DNA of 64,000 nucleotides from Adineta vaga (lineage: Eukaryota > Animalia > Rotifera). Positions 25,889 through 37,431 of the stretch are shown here, one piece after another (positions within the stretch are counted from its first letter, which is position 1; every line of letters begins with the position of its first letter). The stretch is taken from assembly GCA_021613535.1 (NCBI GenBank), contig CP075492.1, positions 16,492,001 through 16,556,000 of the forward strand. Reading direction: 5' to 3'. A model generated the notes under the pieces. That model saw nothing but the letters and a program-made list of their open reading frames with translations. It was not told where the DNA came from and searched no databases. The position numbers and the translations under genes are program-made.

Positions 25889-28800
25889 ATGAAATTGTTT
25901 GAATTAGTGATTTTTCTTGTATCATTTCTGATATGTTATACTCGTTATACATTCTATCATACAAATAATCAACAAGGATTAGAAGCGAAATTTGATTGTT
26001 TATATTCTTATATATTATATACCAATGAAATTAGTGATGGAAGTTATTTGATGTTTTATCATCTTATACCTTATTGTCGACAATTCAATGAACATGAAGA
26101 ATCAATTTCGATATCATATGAAAATGTAGAAAATCAAATTAGTTTTAAGGAATTATATCGACAAGGTATTACAAGTTCACAATTATTAGATTGGTTTGCT
26201 CCAATTGATATAGCCGAAGATTATGAAATCAATGGTAACAATTCGAATAAATACTTTTATAATTGTTCATTATCTTGGTTTGGTTCAACATGTCAATTTC
26301 GAATAATTAATATCCATCGACCTTTATTTGGTCAACTTGTTCGTCAGTTTTTTCTTAGTCGTACTTCACCATCTTCTCATCTCAAGTTTAATGTTGGTTC
26401 ATGTTATCCATTTTTGAATACTTGTATTCGTGCTCCTTCACCGATGTGTCTTGATTGGCGTGAAATATGTAATGGAATCGTTGATTGTGTTAATGGAGAA
26501 GATGAAGAATTATGTTATTTATTAGAAAGAAATCAATGTTCAGAAAATGAATTTCATTGTACGAAAAGTAAAGAATGTATTCCAGAGATATTTGTCAAAG
26601 AATTAGAAAGCAGTTATGATTGTCTTGATGGTAGTGATGAGAGCGGACAATATGGACTTCCAACCGGAGAGATTTGTATGAGATTTCCAACATTTGAATG
26701 TGAAGAAATAGCACGTCGTACATCTCTTTATGACTTTTCGTGTGGTGATGGTCAAATTATTGAACAATTTATACCTTCTTTTTCTCCACTTTGTAAAAAT
26801 TTACGTGATAAACAAATGACTATTGCTATGTTTACTTCGTTTGATTACATTTCAAATTTAGCATGTCGACAATACCTCATATGTTTAATTCGTCGTGATC
26901 AGATCAATTTTCTTACATATTTACAAAATGAAACTTATTGTCAAATTCCGTTTGAATATTGTCCATCAAAATGGTTGGTTTTTCCTGAATATCCAATGAT
27001 TTATTCATTTTTTCAATTTGTTTATTTAACAAATCGATCGATATCACCAGCAATAGATGATGTAACACCAGATTTTGTTTGTTTTAATGCAACTCGATGT
27101 CGAAAATATTTATTCTGTTCGATCGATATTGGAATGTATAATGGTCTTCATTGTTGTCACACAATGGATATAACTAATGTAAAGATAATAGATATGTGGT
27201 ATACACTTCAGAACATTTTTGAAGAGATTTTTCTTGGTTGTTTCGAAACTATTCGAAATGAAAATACGAATTCTTCTAATTTACGAAACATAAATGTTAC
27301 TGAATATTGGATTAATTCAAATAAGAAATTTTCATTTTCATATTTTTGTGATACTTTTCAACGTATATATGACAATATTGAAACAAACGATACAGATGAA
27401 ACTGATTGTCATCTATGGCCATGTAATAATCCCTATAGTCGATGTAACAAACGTTTAAATTGTTTGAATGGTTTTGATGAAATCAATTGTTCATATAATT
27501 TATGTTTATCAAATGAATTGATTTGTGAGGATGAACATATTGAATACAATGGTGTTTCTTATTGTTTATCTGTATCATATTTAGCAGATGATTACACGAA
27601 ATTCAATCTATCGAAGATTCCTTATCGTTTTATATATTTAATTAATGAAACAAAGGGTGATATTAAGAATTATTTATTTTGGAATGAAACGAAATGTATT
27701 ACTGTAGAATATCATAATCAAACTTATTTCTTAGTAGGAAATAATAATGATATATGTTTAATGACAAGCTATCGTCAAAATGATATTCCTGCTTATATAA
27801 ATTATCAAATTAGTAGAGGCTCAGAACCGTTCTGTACTTTACTTTCAAGTTCTGATGAGATTATTGAAGAACGTTCATTTCTTCAATCATCACGTTTAGG
27901 TTATTTTCCATCAATTATTCATAAAGATTCCCATCGATCAAATATAATTCAATTGAATGAACGAATTACGAACGATATTGAAAGACATGATTTTCAATAT
28001 TGGTATTGTAATCGAGGATTTCCTTTTCTATATCAAAATAAGCAAACTATTACATGTCTTTGTCCTCCAAGTTATTTTGGTTCACGATGTCAATGGCAAA
28101 GTCAACGTATTAGTTTAACAATACAATTGAAATATTTTAGTTTTACACATGAAATGCCTATTTTTCAAATTATTATTATGCTTATCGATGATCAAGGACA
28201 AATTACATTATATCATGAACAAATAACTTATGTACCTAAACGTGATTGTGGAATAAAATATCATTTTTATTTACTCTATCCACATCGGCCAAAAAATTCC
28301 TCAATAAATTATTCAATTCGTATTGATATTTTCAATAAAATAACATTAACATATTGGGCAAGTTGGTATTTTTCGATTTTATTTCCCTTTCTTCCTATCA
28401 ATCGAATTGCTACACATATTCTTATTCCTTTAAATTCTCAACAAACAGAATCATCATGTCCATTATCATGTGGAATTCATGGAAAATGTATAAAATATTA
28501 CAATAGAAATTCATCCTATTTTTGTCAATGTACTTCAGGTTATTCTGGTTTCAATTGTCAAATCAAACATCATTGTTCATGTTCATCGGATTCATTTTGT
28601 CTTAGTTCATCAATTTGTATTTGTCCATTATATCAATTTGGTTCGCAATGTTATTTAAAACATACGATTTGTCAATCATCGACTAATCCTTGTCAAAATC
28701 ATGGACAATGTATTCCAGTTGATGATCGAATTGCTTTGAAGAATTTCACATGTACATGTAAAGAAGGTTTTCTTGGTGAAAGATGTGAAAATATTCAGAA

Positions 28801-30379
28801 TAGAATCGATATTGAATTTCCCAAGAAACTAATCACAACGATTTCATCGGTTCTTATTCATTTAATAACAATATATGAAACATCAAATCATTTACAAAAT
28901 ACTCTATTAAAACAAATTAAATATGGAGAAAATAGTGTGACAATGATGACAACAAATCCATTTCATCTTGTTTTTCTTGAAGTTTTTCACGGTGATTTTT
29001 ACTTGATTGTTAAACGTGAACAATTTATTCAATCAGAATCGATTCAAACAAAAGTATTATCGAATTATCAATGTATGTTTGTGAATAAATTATTAAATGA
29101 TACATTAAAATCTTCTCATTATCTTCATCGTATCAAATATTATCCATTATTATGTCGACAAAATAAAGATTTAAGATGTTTTTATGATGAAATTTATATG
29201 TGCGTATGTGATCAAGATCGTTTTTCAAATTGTTTGACATTCAATCGAACAACAACTTATGATTGTAATCAAAGAGAAAATCCATGTCAAAATCATGGAA
29301 AATGTTTCTTAACAAATCAAACATGTTCAAGTACAATTCAATGTTTATGTACAGATTGTTTTTATGGTACGAAATGTCAATTTACAACTGAAGGTTTTGT
29401 TCTATCACTTGATTATATTCTTAGTTATCATATTAAACCAAATTTGTCCTTATTCCGTCAACCGATTATTGTTCGAATGAGTATATTTTTCATAACAATT
29501 TTGTTTCTCATAGGTTTTCTAAGTGGTTCATTATCGATCATAACATTTCGTGTGAAAAAAACTCGAACAACAGGTTGTGGATTTTATTTATTAGTATCAG
29601 GTTGGATTTCGATAATAATTATATTGATATTAATAATTAAATTTATTCAATTAATTTTATCACAAATGAAAATTTTTAATAATTTTTCAATTCTTTATTG
29701 GAATTGTATTTTATTAGATATGTCAATTAAAGTTCTTCTAGCTATTAATGATTGGCTTGATGGATGTATATCTATTGAACGTGTTGTAACAGTTAAACAA
29801 GGTGTAAAATTTAATAAAATAAAAAGTAAAAAAATAGCTAAATGTATAACAATAATGATTTGTTTGATTTCTATTTTAACTCATCTTCATGATGCATTTT
29901 ATCGTCAATTAATTGAAGATATTGATATCGATGAAAAACGAATCTGGTGTATTGTTCAATATGTATATTCAATCAAGATTTATAATTCCTTTATAACTCT
30001 ATTTCATTTTCTTGTTCCATTTACAATTAATTTATTTTCAGGAATTATCATTATTTTTACATTAGCACGAAATCGTTCAACTATTCAACCGAAATTATCA
30101 TATTTCGAACATTTGAAATTACAATTCATACAACATAAACATCATCTTATTGCATCGTTTAGTTTAGTATTATTAGGTTTACCTCGTCTTATTATATCAT
30201 TTATAAGTGGATGCATGAAATCACCTCAAAATTCTTGGGTATTTCTATGCGCTTATTTTATTTCGTTTTTACCATCATCGATGACATTTATTGTCTATGT
30301 ATTGCCATCGAAAACTTACAAAGATGAATTTAATATTATCGTTCAGCAAACACTTCGACGTTTTCGTAATCTAATATGA
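25889..30379 (+). CDS. Large receptor: signal peptide, LDLa-like and EGF-like repeats, C-terminal rhodopsin-like 7TM (1496 aa)
   Basis: CLDWREICNGIVDCVNGEDE, CLDGSDE, CLCPPSYFGSRC, CQNHGQC...CKEGFLGERC; seven hydrophobic segments with CISIERV. Confidence 0.9.
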   Translation: MKLFELVIFLVSFLICYTRYTFYHTNNQQGLEAKFDCLYSYILYTNEISDGSYLMFYHLIPYCRQFNEHEESISISYENVENQISFKELYRQGITSSQLLDWFAPIDIAEDYEINGNNSNKYFYNCSLSWFGSTCQFRIINIHRPLFGQLVRQFFLSRTSPSSHLKFNVGSCYPFLNTCIRAPSPMCLDWREICNGIVDCVNGEDEELCYLLERNQCSENEFHCTKSKECIPEIFVKELESSYDCLDGSDESGQYGLPTGEICMRFPTFECEEIARRTSLYDFSCGDGQIIEQFIPSFSPLCKNLRDKQMTIAMFTSFDYISNLACRQYLICLIRRDQINFLTYLQNETYCQIPFEYCPSKWLVFPEYPMIYSFFQFVYLTNRSISPAIDDVTPDFVCFNATRCRKYLFCSIDIGMYNGLHCCHTMDITNVKIIDMWYTLQNIFEEIFLGCFETIRNENTNSSNLRNINVTEYWINSNKKFSFSYFCDTFQRIYDNIETNDTDETDCHLWPCNNPYSRCNKRLNCLNGFDEINCSYNLCLSNELICEDEHIEYNGVSYCLSVSYLADDYTKFNLSKIPYRFIYLINETKGDIKNYLFWNETKCITVEYHNQTYFLVGNNNDICLMTSYRQNDIPAYINYQISRGSEPFCTLLSSSDEIIEERSFLQSSRLGYFPSIIHKDSHRSNIIQLNERITNDIERHDFQYWYCNRGFPFLYQNKQTITCLCPPSYFGSRCQWQSQRISLTIQLKYFSFTHEMPIFQIIIMLIDDQGQITLYHEQITYVPKRDCGIKYHFYLLYPHRPKNSSINYSIRIDIFNKITLTYWASWYFSILFPFLPINRIATHILIPLNSQQTESSCPLSCGIHGKCIKYYNRNSSYFCQCTSGYSGFNCQIKHHCSCSSDSFCLSSSICICPLYQFGSQCYLKHTICQSSTNPCQNHGQCIPVDDRIALKNFTCTCKEGFLGERCENIQNRIDIEFPKKLITTISSVLIHLITIYETSNHLQNTLLKQIKYGENSVTMMTTNPFHLVFLEVFHGDFYLIVKREQFIQSESIQTKVLSNYQCMFVNKLLNDTLKSSHYLHRIKYYPLLCRQNKDLRCFYDEIYMCVCDQDRFSNCLTFNRTTTYDCNQRENPCQNHGKCFLTNQTCSSTIQCLCTDCFYGTKCQFTTEGFVLSLDYILSYHIKPNLSLFRQPIIVRMSIFFITILFLIGFLSGSLSIITFRVKKTRTTGCGFYLLVSGWISIIIILILIIKFIQLILSQMKIFNNFSILYWNCILLDMSIKVLLAINDWLDGCISIERVVTVKQGVKFNKIKSKKIAKCITIMICLISILTHLHDAFYRQLIEDIDIDEKRIWCIVQYVYSIKIYNSFITLFHFLVPFTINLFSGIIIIFTLARNRSTIQPKLSYFEHLKLQFIQHKHHLIASFSLVLLGLPRLIISFISGCMKSPQNSWVFLCAYFISFLPSSMTFIVYVLPSKTYKDEFNIIVQQTLRRFRNLI

Positions 30380-30404
30380 ATTATAATAACCGAAATGCTT
30401 TGTT

Positions 30405-30471
30405 TGTGCGGGTATGGGCGAGGGTGTGAGTCACGGTATAGAAAGAATAGATATACCCATACCTACATCCA
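30405..30471. repeat. Telomeric-hexamer palindrome copy (26 bp past receptor stop)
   Basis: TGTGCGGGTATGGGCGAGGGTGTGAG...ACCCATACCTACATCCA. Confidence 0.7.
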
Positions 30472-30833
30472 TTTATCAATTACAATATCTTCATAGTATC
30501 ATATGTTGATGTTGATATGTAAAACAAATCCTGATAGAACGTATAACTTTTCTCGATTTTATTTCCGTTAAAATGTCAACGTTTTTTTGGGGCGCTTGTA
30601 TATCTGGGAAATAAATCATAAATTTTGTTTCTTCTTCCTTTTTTTTCATTTGTTTTTACCTGACGAAATCACTCGTTATTTGATTTTTTCCACACTATAT
30701 GTTTACATCACTTCTAATGACGCCTATTTAATTACAATGTTTTTCTTTTCCTTCTTCATCAATATAAATTGAAACGTCGAACGAACACACACATTCATTT
30801 GATCGTTTTTTTTCGCCATTAACATTACTTCCA

Positions 30834-31103
30834 ATGAGTCATCCAACTGGAATGAATCAAGATATTGCAATGCAGTATCAACATGTTGCTTCTCAATTAC
30901 ACGATTATGTTAATAACAGCACTGGAAATCAACTTCATTCTGCTGGTGGTTATGTTCAACAAATTCAACCAACACATGGAGTAGCATATGCATCTCATAC
31001 TGGCGGCTACTATAATCAAACTCAAATGAGTGCACATCCTGGCATGAATAACAATATTGTTGAAGATTTTACCGGTCGTTTTCTAAGAAATATATTTCAT
31101 TAG
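30834..31103 (+). CDS. Small Q/N/H/G/Y-rich hypothetical protein, 89 aa
   Basis: ATG-started ORF with coding-like composition and internal repeats (HPTGMN/HPGMN, HSAGGY/HTGGY). Confidence 0.6.
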   Translation: MSHPTGMNQDIAMQYQHVASQLHDYVNNSTGNQLHSAGGYVQQIQPTHGVAYASHTGGYYNQTQMSAHPGMNNNIVEDFTGRFLRNIFH

Positions 31104-31724
31104 TAAGAAGAACAAAAACATTTTCTGAAGAGTTGGTAATGCTATAGATTTATATATTTATATTGATTAATGATTATCATATTTATAATCGTTAATCACC
31201 TGTATATTGATAGTTTTTTGCCGTCTTGTGAAACATTTAAAGAAAATAAAATTCTCTTCAATTTGAAGACAACGATATTCAAAAGGTTAACTGAATAAAA
31301 CAAATAAGCTATGATTTCTCTGTTAGTTTATTTGTTCTCGATTACAGAAATATTACAATACTTTCGAGATAAAGTCAAAATTATTTTTCTTCAATTTTAT
31401 CTATGATCTATCCTTTTGGTGAGAAATAATCTAATATAGGAGATAAATAGATTACTTCTCTTTTATCTTCGGGAAAAAAAGATTGATTAAATATTGATTC
31501 GAACTATTTTGTCCAATCAACCAAAGCTTTCATCATGTGTTAGATAGGATTATAACGGTATAACTTTGGTTGACAAGAATATTGTGAGTGTGGATAGAGA
31601 AGTAAGAGAATATACTCGCACCAACCCTTCCTAATCATCAATGTGTTTTATCCATCAATAATAATCCTCCAGAAATTGTATGTGTGATTAACAATGATCA
31701 ATATCAATCGATATGTTCGTATGG

Positions 31725-31777
31725 ATCTTGAGGGTGTGGGCGTGTCCAAAGTTTTACCTTTATACACTTCAACACTC
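31725..31777. repeat. Telomeric-hexamer palindrome copy (another at 31583-31628)
   Basis: ATCTTGAGGGTGTGGGCGTG...ACACTTCAACACTC. Confidence 0.7.
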
Positions 31778-32661
31778 TTTCAGATCATGTTTCACAAAAG
31801 TAATATAAAAGTTTTATTCATCTATAGTAATTTAAAAAAACACTGATATTCTATATTCTCTGTGAAAGTTAGTCAATTAAAGAACAAATGTCGACTAATT
31901 TCCTTTTTTATATCACGAGATTGTATGATTTAAAAGAAACTATCGAGGTGAATTTTAACGAACTTGTTCATCTGTTACAAATATAAAAGTTACTTGGGTT
32001 AATGACTTTGAAACAAAAATAGAAATAGAAAGTTTGATTTTCTCTTAACTGAATATGGTCTGACAGTCTATTTAATCACCAACCAAATAACTGTACAATG
32101 TATAAATGAATAAAAAACAACAACAACTGAAAAGTCCAAATAGTATGAACTTTAGTGATGTAGATCCGTTATACTTCATTGTTGTAACGATTATAGTCAT
32201 GTCCTGATGGTCTTGGCCTACTCATATTCTTATTCAAAAGGATATGTATTTAATAACATAAAAAGAATGATATACACTTCTTTCTATGAAGAAAATACAA
32301 CATCATGTCTTATTTTAAAATTTAACCGTCTTTGGACAAAGAAAACTGGCTGAACCTATTCAACACATATAGGTAACGTTGATGCCAATTATCGTGAATT
32401 AGATTTTTGATTTATTTTTTCATCATGATCAAAGAATAAAATTCTTTAGAAGAGTCAGTTATATCTGGTAGCGTAATTATAATCTCATAATTAATTGAAT
32501 TATTCAAACAGAAAGGATATAGAATTCGTGACAATGTCTTTGTTCAAGGTAAATTAGAGAATGATAATGATTAATACATCTCATTTAGATAGATTCTTCT
32601 GTAGATTGCGCTACGTTCTTTTTGGACAATAAATATATTTAGTGCAAATATTTTCAAGAAA

Positions 32662-33618
32662 ATGTCAAGTTTAGTGGATGAAATATCGCGTCTTAGTTCA
32701 ATTTCTCGAACTATTACAGTGATAGTTGGTTTACCGATGTTTATTTGTGGTATAGTGGGTAATTTAATAAATTTATTGGGATTTACTTTTTTACCACAAT
32801 TTAATAAATTATCGAGTTCAATTTTTCTTCTCGTTTCTTTTCTTGCAAGCGAAATATCTCTTCTTGTGGTTTTACTTCCTCAACTAGTATTTAGATTAAG
32901 TGGAAATGATCCACTTGCTAATAATGTTATACTTTGTAAATTACGATGGTTTGCTGGACCTCTCAGTGCGACTGTAGCATTACATTGCATCTGTTTGGCT
33001 TCGATCAATCAATATCTACTCACATCTCGGAACATTGAACGGCATCGATGGATAACTCGACGACGAGCTGTATTAATTAGTTGTTTTGTTTTCATATTTT
33101 GGATTGGACCACTTAGTCCATCGTTAGTTTATTACACACATACAGTTAATTCAATCAATGTAACAACATGCAATGTCATCAATCCAACTTTTGCAGTGTA
33201 TTATACGTATATCAGTATCATTATCTATAGTCTAATTCCTATCTTAGTTTTATGTCTATTTTCTTTTCTTACATGGTACAATATTCGAAAACACTTAATA
33301 CGACGGCAAAGTCTAGAACAATCATTAACTCGTATGTTATCGGCCGAAATCATCATGGTTCTACTTACAACATTACCAAATTTCTGTAGTCAATTATATT
33401 TCTTCTATACACGTACGACACTCAAGAGTTCCTTTCGATTAGCACAAGAAAATCTAGTATCTACTATTCTAACACTAATTGGTGGTAGTATACACTTTTT
33501 ATCATTCTATACGTATATTCTTAATTCAAAGGCATTTCGTCATAATATTCGAACTTTGTTTTGCTTGAAACGACGCCGAATTCAACCCACTACTCTCATG
33601 CAAAATAGGACTGAATAA
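32662..33618 (+). CDS. Orphan rhodopsin-like GPCR, 318 aa
   Basis: GIVGNLIN in TM1, ILCKLR, LASINQY (DRY position), seven TM segments, FYTYILNSKAFR. Confidence 0.88.
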   Translation: MSSLVDEISRLSSISRTITVIVGLPMFICGIVGNLINLLGFTFLPQFNKLSSSIFLLVSFLASEISLLVVLLPQLVFRLSGNDPLANNVILCKLRWFAGPLSATVALHCICLASINQYLLTSRNIERHRWITRRRAVLISCFVFIFWIGPLSPSLVYYTHTVNSINVTTCNVINPTFAVYYTYISIIIYSLIPILVLCLFSFLTWYNIRKHLIRRQSLEQSLTRMLSAEIIMVLLTTLPNFCSQLYFFYTRTTLKSSFRLAQENLVSTILTLIGGSIHFLSFYTYILNSKAFRHNIRTLFCLKRRRIQPTTLMQNRTE

Positions 33619-33800
33619 TGACGATTCATTTTCGTAATAGAGACAAGGATTTTCAAAGATGTTATTATATTATGTTAATTTAAACATTTGAGGATGATTT
33701 TAAAAAAATGGTAGTAGAAAGTTTAATTTTCTGTTAACTGAGTAAGTTTATATCAAGATTATGATGATATGATAATATAAAATTCAGTGAACTATGCGAT

Positions 33801-33862
33801 TGGTGTGAGTGTGGGTGAGAGTATATTCTCTTGACTCTCACCCACACCCACACCTTCAAGAT
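33801..33862. repeat. Telomeric-hexamer palindrome copy
   Basis: TGGTGTGAGTGTGGGTGAGAG-TATATTCTCTTGA-CTCTCACCCACACCCACACCTTCAAGAT. Confidence 0.85.
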
Positions 33863-34302
33863 TTTTGTGGGCTGAGAATACTCGAACGAATCTTGGACTG
33901 CCTCTTAATCGATAGTGAAAAATTTTTCAAAGCAAGGGGAGGATCGATTTCCTAATCTCTCTTTTTTAAATGTTCCTGCAATATAGAGAATATAATGATA
34001 CTAAAGGATTGTCGAAGGAAAGAAAACTTTGTCATATAATGGTAAAATGAAAAAAGTATATTTGTTTGAAGAGAGAATGTCCGATTTTTGAGACATTACC
34101 AATTATTATAACTTTACAATGATTTTTCTGAATTTTATAGTTTTGACGACTGTGATGGTAAATAAAACACTAAAGACGTACATTTTCTCTTTTTTTGCAA
34201 TACGCAAATTTTTAATTGTATATTTACTTTCTTTTCTATCCTGTTTTGTTCTGCTTGCTTTAATTTAAATATGGTGAGCACTTTCTTATTGAAACATACA
34301 GC

Positions 34303-36482
34303 ATGAATGCTCTTTTCCTTCTTCTTCTTCTTCTTTTTCTTCCAATAATGAGCACTTTTGTAATTGTCGAAATTCATCGAAATGCTTTGTATTATCCTCA
34401 ATCATTTTGTGCTTTTATTCGTAATGCTTCATGGTCGAATGAAGTATCGATTCAATCATGTATTTGGGAATGTGTTTATGAATATAATTGTCAGACAGCT
34501 GTGTATTACAAAAATGAAAGGATCTGTTCAATGTTCGTTGAATTATTCAATATCACCCATCTTCAGTCGTCTGGACATGTGCAAGCAAATGTGATTTGCT
34601 ATAAAAAAAGTCATAGTGAGATTGTTCATTGTAAAAACTCGAAAAGATTTATATTTGTAGAGCCTATTATCACCTGTTCGACTACTGCGACAACGAATGC
34701 AGTAGAAAAAGAGAAAATAAGTACCACAAGTAAGTGTATGAATGGGTATGGGTGAAAATAATTCCTATTCCGCGATGTTGCGCATTCCGGAATCAGTTCC
34801 AACCAATTCCAGGAATTCCCATACTTCTCGAATTACCAAATAAACTGAATACCGATCAAATTCCGCGCCGGAATCACACGCTTTCTCCTCACACTCACTT
34901 ATTCCTATCTGCTGAATGATCAATCGATTTGTACACGACGCAATTTCGGGAATGAGTGGAAACTGATTCCGAAAGGTTCAACATAGCAGAATAGGATGGC
35001 TGCTAGTATGGGTGTGATTGTCTTTGCTATATTCTTATCCGCACCCACACCCTCAATTTGGTTGCCAGCATGTTTTCGCTATCTCTGATTTTTTCATAAA
35101 ATGGCTCGTAAGAATAATAATTGATTTCATTATGTATAGTCTTTGAAACGGCAAGCACATCAGTAAGTTATAGTACTAAAATAATGGAAACCACCACCTG
35201 TGACTCGCGTATTCCTAACGTCACAACTATATTATATGATTTCGATCAACAGGTGTATGATGTTTACTCGAACTATGCTGGTAAATACAATGGTGTCCTT
35301 AAGAATTCACCTAGTTATGTCTCACCGGGTATCACAGGCTATGGTCATGCAATACAGTTCAATTCAAGTAGTGCTCAGTTTGTAACAATATCAAATTGGA
35401 TTAATCTAAATAATATGTCATTTACCATTGAATTTTGGATTAAACTTAGCTCAATCAATGGTAATAGGGGTATTTTTGGACAGTGTCAGATACAGTCAGC
35501 TGATTACTGTTTACATATCACTGTACGTAGTCAAAAGATCCTATTTTCCTTCTTCAGTGATAATGTAACAGGTAGCACTTCATTATCAGTGGGTATCTGG
35601 TACCATATTGCCTGTGTGTACGACGTTAATTCACAAGAGCAATTGGTGTATGTAAATGGTATTCTAGACGGCAGTCATAAAAACTCTACAGCTTTCCTAG
35701 CTTATAATGCCACATCAACAATCGGTACAACATATAATAATGGTTTTAATACACCTTGCTATTTCGACGGAATGATTGATCAATTATCAATTACACAGAA
35801 CTATGCAAAGAATGCATCAACTGTGTTAGATGATGCTACTTTGACAGCCTATTTTTCATTTGATTCACCGTCTGACTTTTCGTGTGATAATGGACCCAAC
35901 TTTTTGAATGGCACATACAATAATGTGTCAAGCGTCACTGGAAGACTCGGAAACGCTATTGCATTTTCCGCAACCAACGATTCTAATTTTACGATTGATA
36001 GTAAATTTGTTCTACTAGCAATTCAAAACCAAGCACATAGTTATGCATTATGGATAAATCCCGTAGCAAATTCAGGCACAATTTTACAAGAAAATAGTGG
36101 CGGTAGCTCGGCATGGAGTATGCTTCCATTTGGCTATATGTGGAACGGCACAATAGTAGCGCATGTTTGGAATGGTAGTATTCAGTCTGCGGTGGGTAAT
36201 GTGCCAATACTGAACTGTTGGACACATATAGCAATGACATATAATCTAACATCAGGATTAAGTTTTTATATGAATGGATCACTTTTTTCAACATCACCTG
36301 TATCTCCTCTCAGGTATCGGGCCCCAGGCACTCCAACAGCTACGCTTACACTTGGCTACACAAGTCAAGTGAATGAAGCTGGTAATGCGGTAATTGGACA
36401 ATTCGTCGGGGTTATAGATGAACTGAGAGTATATTCTAGAGTTCTGAGCCACCCTGAAATTGCTCAGTTAGCCAACCCATGA
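34303..36482 (+). CDS. Secreted Apple/PAN plus two LamG/concanavalin-A-like domain protein (exons 34303-34615, 34661-34729, 35140-36482)
   Basis: Signal peptide; SCIWECVYEYNCQTAVY...ICSMF (PAN); SFTIEFWIK, WYHIACVYD, FDGMIDQL, WTHIAMTY, IDELRVYSRVLS (LamG3). Splice phases are consistent. Confidence 0.85.
34761..34998. mobile_element. MITE-like element (~240 bp, ~57 bp imperfect TIRs) in intron 2 of the Apple/LamG gene
   Basis: ATTCCTATTCCGCGATGTTGCGCATTCCGGAATCAGTTCC...GGAATT is the imperfect reverse complement of AATTTCGGGAATGAGTGGAAACTGATTCCGAAAGGTTCAACATAGCAGAATAGGAT. Confidence 0.65.
35008..35056. repeat. Telomeric-hexamer palindrome copy (intronic, next to MITE)
   Basis: ATGGGTGTG...TATATTCTT...CACCCACACCCTCAA. 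Confidence 0.75.
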
Positions 36483-36512
36483 ACGGACAAACTGTGATTA
36501 GATAAACACTGA

Positions 36513-36581
36513 TTTGAAGGGTGTGGGTGTGGGTGTGGGTGTGGGTAAAGTGAAGTATGGTCGAAATAACCACACCCACTC
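36513..36581. repeat. Telomeric-hexamer palindrome copy with (TGTGGG)4 run (31 bp past LamG stop)
   Basis: TTGAAGGG(TGTGGG)4T...CCACACCCACTC. Confidence 0.85.
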
Positions 36582-37011
36582 TTTATTATATTAGTTTCAT
36601 CTTCTTTTACTTGTGAGATTTCTCGTTCGTTTGATTTATTCCTATTCAAAAGTCACCTGACAAATACATTTGCTTCTTGGTATACATGTGAAATAATGTC
36701 GTCTTTTCTGCAAGCTTTTATTATGGATGAAGTTTCTTTTTATTTTGTGATTGTTGTCGTTGTTCTCATGTTTCTTTTGCGTCAGCATACAACCAGACTT
36801 GACTATAGCTGCCCCTATGCAAGGAGGGAAAGCTGATTGCCAGGAAAGCAATCAGATTGTATGAAATATTTTTTTGTTATAGTCCACGTCCACGCACATC
36901 ACTGCGTTGTCTTTGTGAGATGAGAGACAATATTGATAAACTCCCAATCGGTAAAGATAATCCCATAATGCATACAGATTATAAGAAAAAAGAACTGAAA
37001 TCGAATGTTTA

Positions 37012-37074
37012 TGGGTGTGTGTGGTTCTGGAGCGGCTATGATGAATTTAACACCCACACCCACACCCTCAAGAT
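37012..37074. repeat. Telomeric-hexamer palindrome copy
   Basis: TGGGTGTGTGTGG...CACCCACACCCACACCCTCAAGAT. Confidence 0.82.
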
Positions 37075-37431
37075 GCAAGTTAAATTTGTTTATAAATTAA
37101 TACCTGTTTCTCGCAATAAGAGTGTCGCTCTTGTCTTCAACTACACTCTCATCCTCATCTGAATATAATTTTGATGACAATTCTAATATACGATTCATTA
37201 GAATGATATTTAATAAAAAATAAATAGACAATATATAGATTATACTTGATGAAGAACTATCATTCTATATTTTATCAGTTTTCTTAGCCGTTGACAGTAA
37301 GAAAATATACACATGATTCTCATTTATTTTGTTCTATGTTATTTTGTTTGAATAAAATCTACATCTTACAAAGATTTTACATATTCAAATAAGAAGAATA
37401 CTATGGCGATCATATTAGTTCATCGTTTTCT

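Noticed and set aside
36513-36581. True chromosome end or Athena retroelement junction
   Set aside because: Only four perfect hexamers, genes continue on both sides, and no reverse transcriptase ORF is in the window.
36464-37162. Short ORFs containing HPHPHP/THTHT
   Set aside because: The peptides are translations of the telomeric-hexamer palindromes in intergenic DNA.
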